64,000 nucleotides of DNA from Antedon mediterranea (taxonomy: Eukaryota > Animalia > Echinodermata): positions 12,398,352 through 12,462,351 of the forward strand of contig NC_092678.1 in assembly GCF_964355755.1 (NCBI RefSeq), in the 5' to 3' direction. Made by a program: the position numbers and the translations under genes. Below are positions 63,728 to 64,000 of the stretch, piece by piece. Under the pieces are notes generated by a model, which was not told the origin of the DNA, searched no databases, and worked only from the letters and a program-made list of their open reading frames with translations. How positions within the stretch are numbered: position 1 is the first letter of the stretch; each line of letters opens with the position of its first letter.

Positions 63728-64000
63728 TTGTTTTACTGTACAGTACTACGATCCGATTACGAACTTTCGCCAAGCAAGTATAGGCCTATACGTTGTACCT
63801 AAGATTGTCGTAAGCTCTTTTGTTCAAACTTGTTGGTTATCTGCACTTGGCGAATAACCCTTGTTATTGTCAGGATCTTTTTGTCAGTTATCCGCACTTG
63901 GCGAATAACCCCTTGTTATTGTCAGGATCTTTATTTTTTCACGCTGCTGCTTTAGCCCGCTACGTCCCAGGAGGATGACTCATTAATAACCTGAAAGCAA

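Overview
AT-rich metazoan genomic DNA, probably a marine invertebrate (echinoderm-like is only an impression), made mostly of nested transposable elements. Host coding content is small: one intronless SNAG + C2H2 INSM/IA-1-family gene (39614-40300, -) and two exons of a discoidin (F5/8C)-containing gene, one of them frameshifted (42700-43177, -). Mobile content includes several CR1/L2-group LINEs (one with an intact 1009-aa ORF2), L1/Tx1 and RTEX remnants, and Penelope-like (PLE) RT, GIY-YIG and pLTR pieces with hammerhead-ribozyme cores. It also includes a decayed Gmr1-type Gypsy element (integrase before RT), non-autonomous Helitrons and Helentron-type HINEs (one triple self-nested), CACTA, MULE, Academ-like and PIF-like MITEs, and an internally deleted Kolobok carrying a THAP gene and a P2X7-ballast-like (KolX) gene. 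The most unusual signals are short CA..TG palindromes with 7-bp TSDs that look like P/Galileo excision footprints (one exactly 17+17 bp, three at one site), a tRNA-Asp(ATC)-like gene inside a PLE-like repeat unit, and TA->TAGGCCTA micro-insertions confirmed against paralogous copies. All family assignments come from reading motifs by eye; no database searches were run.
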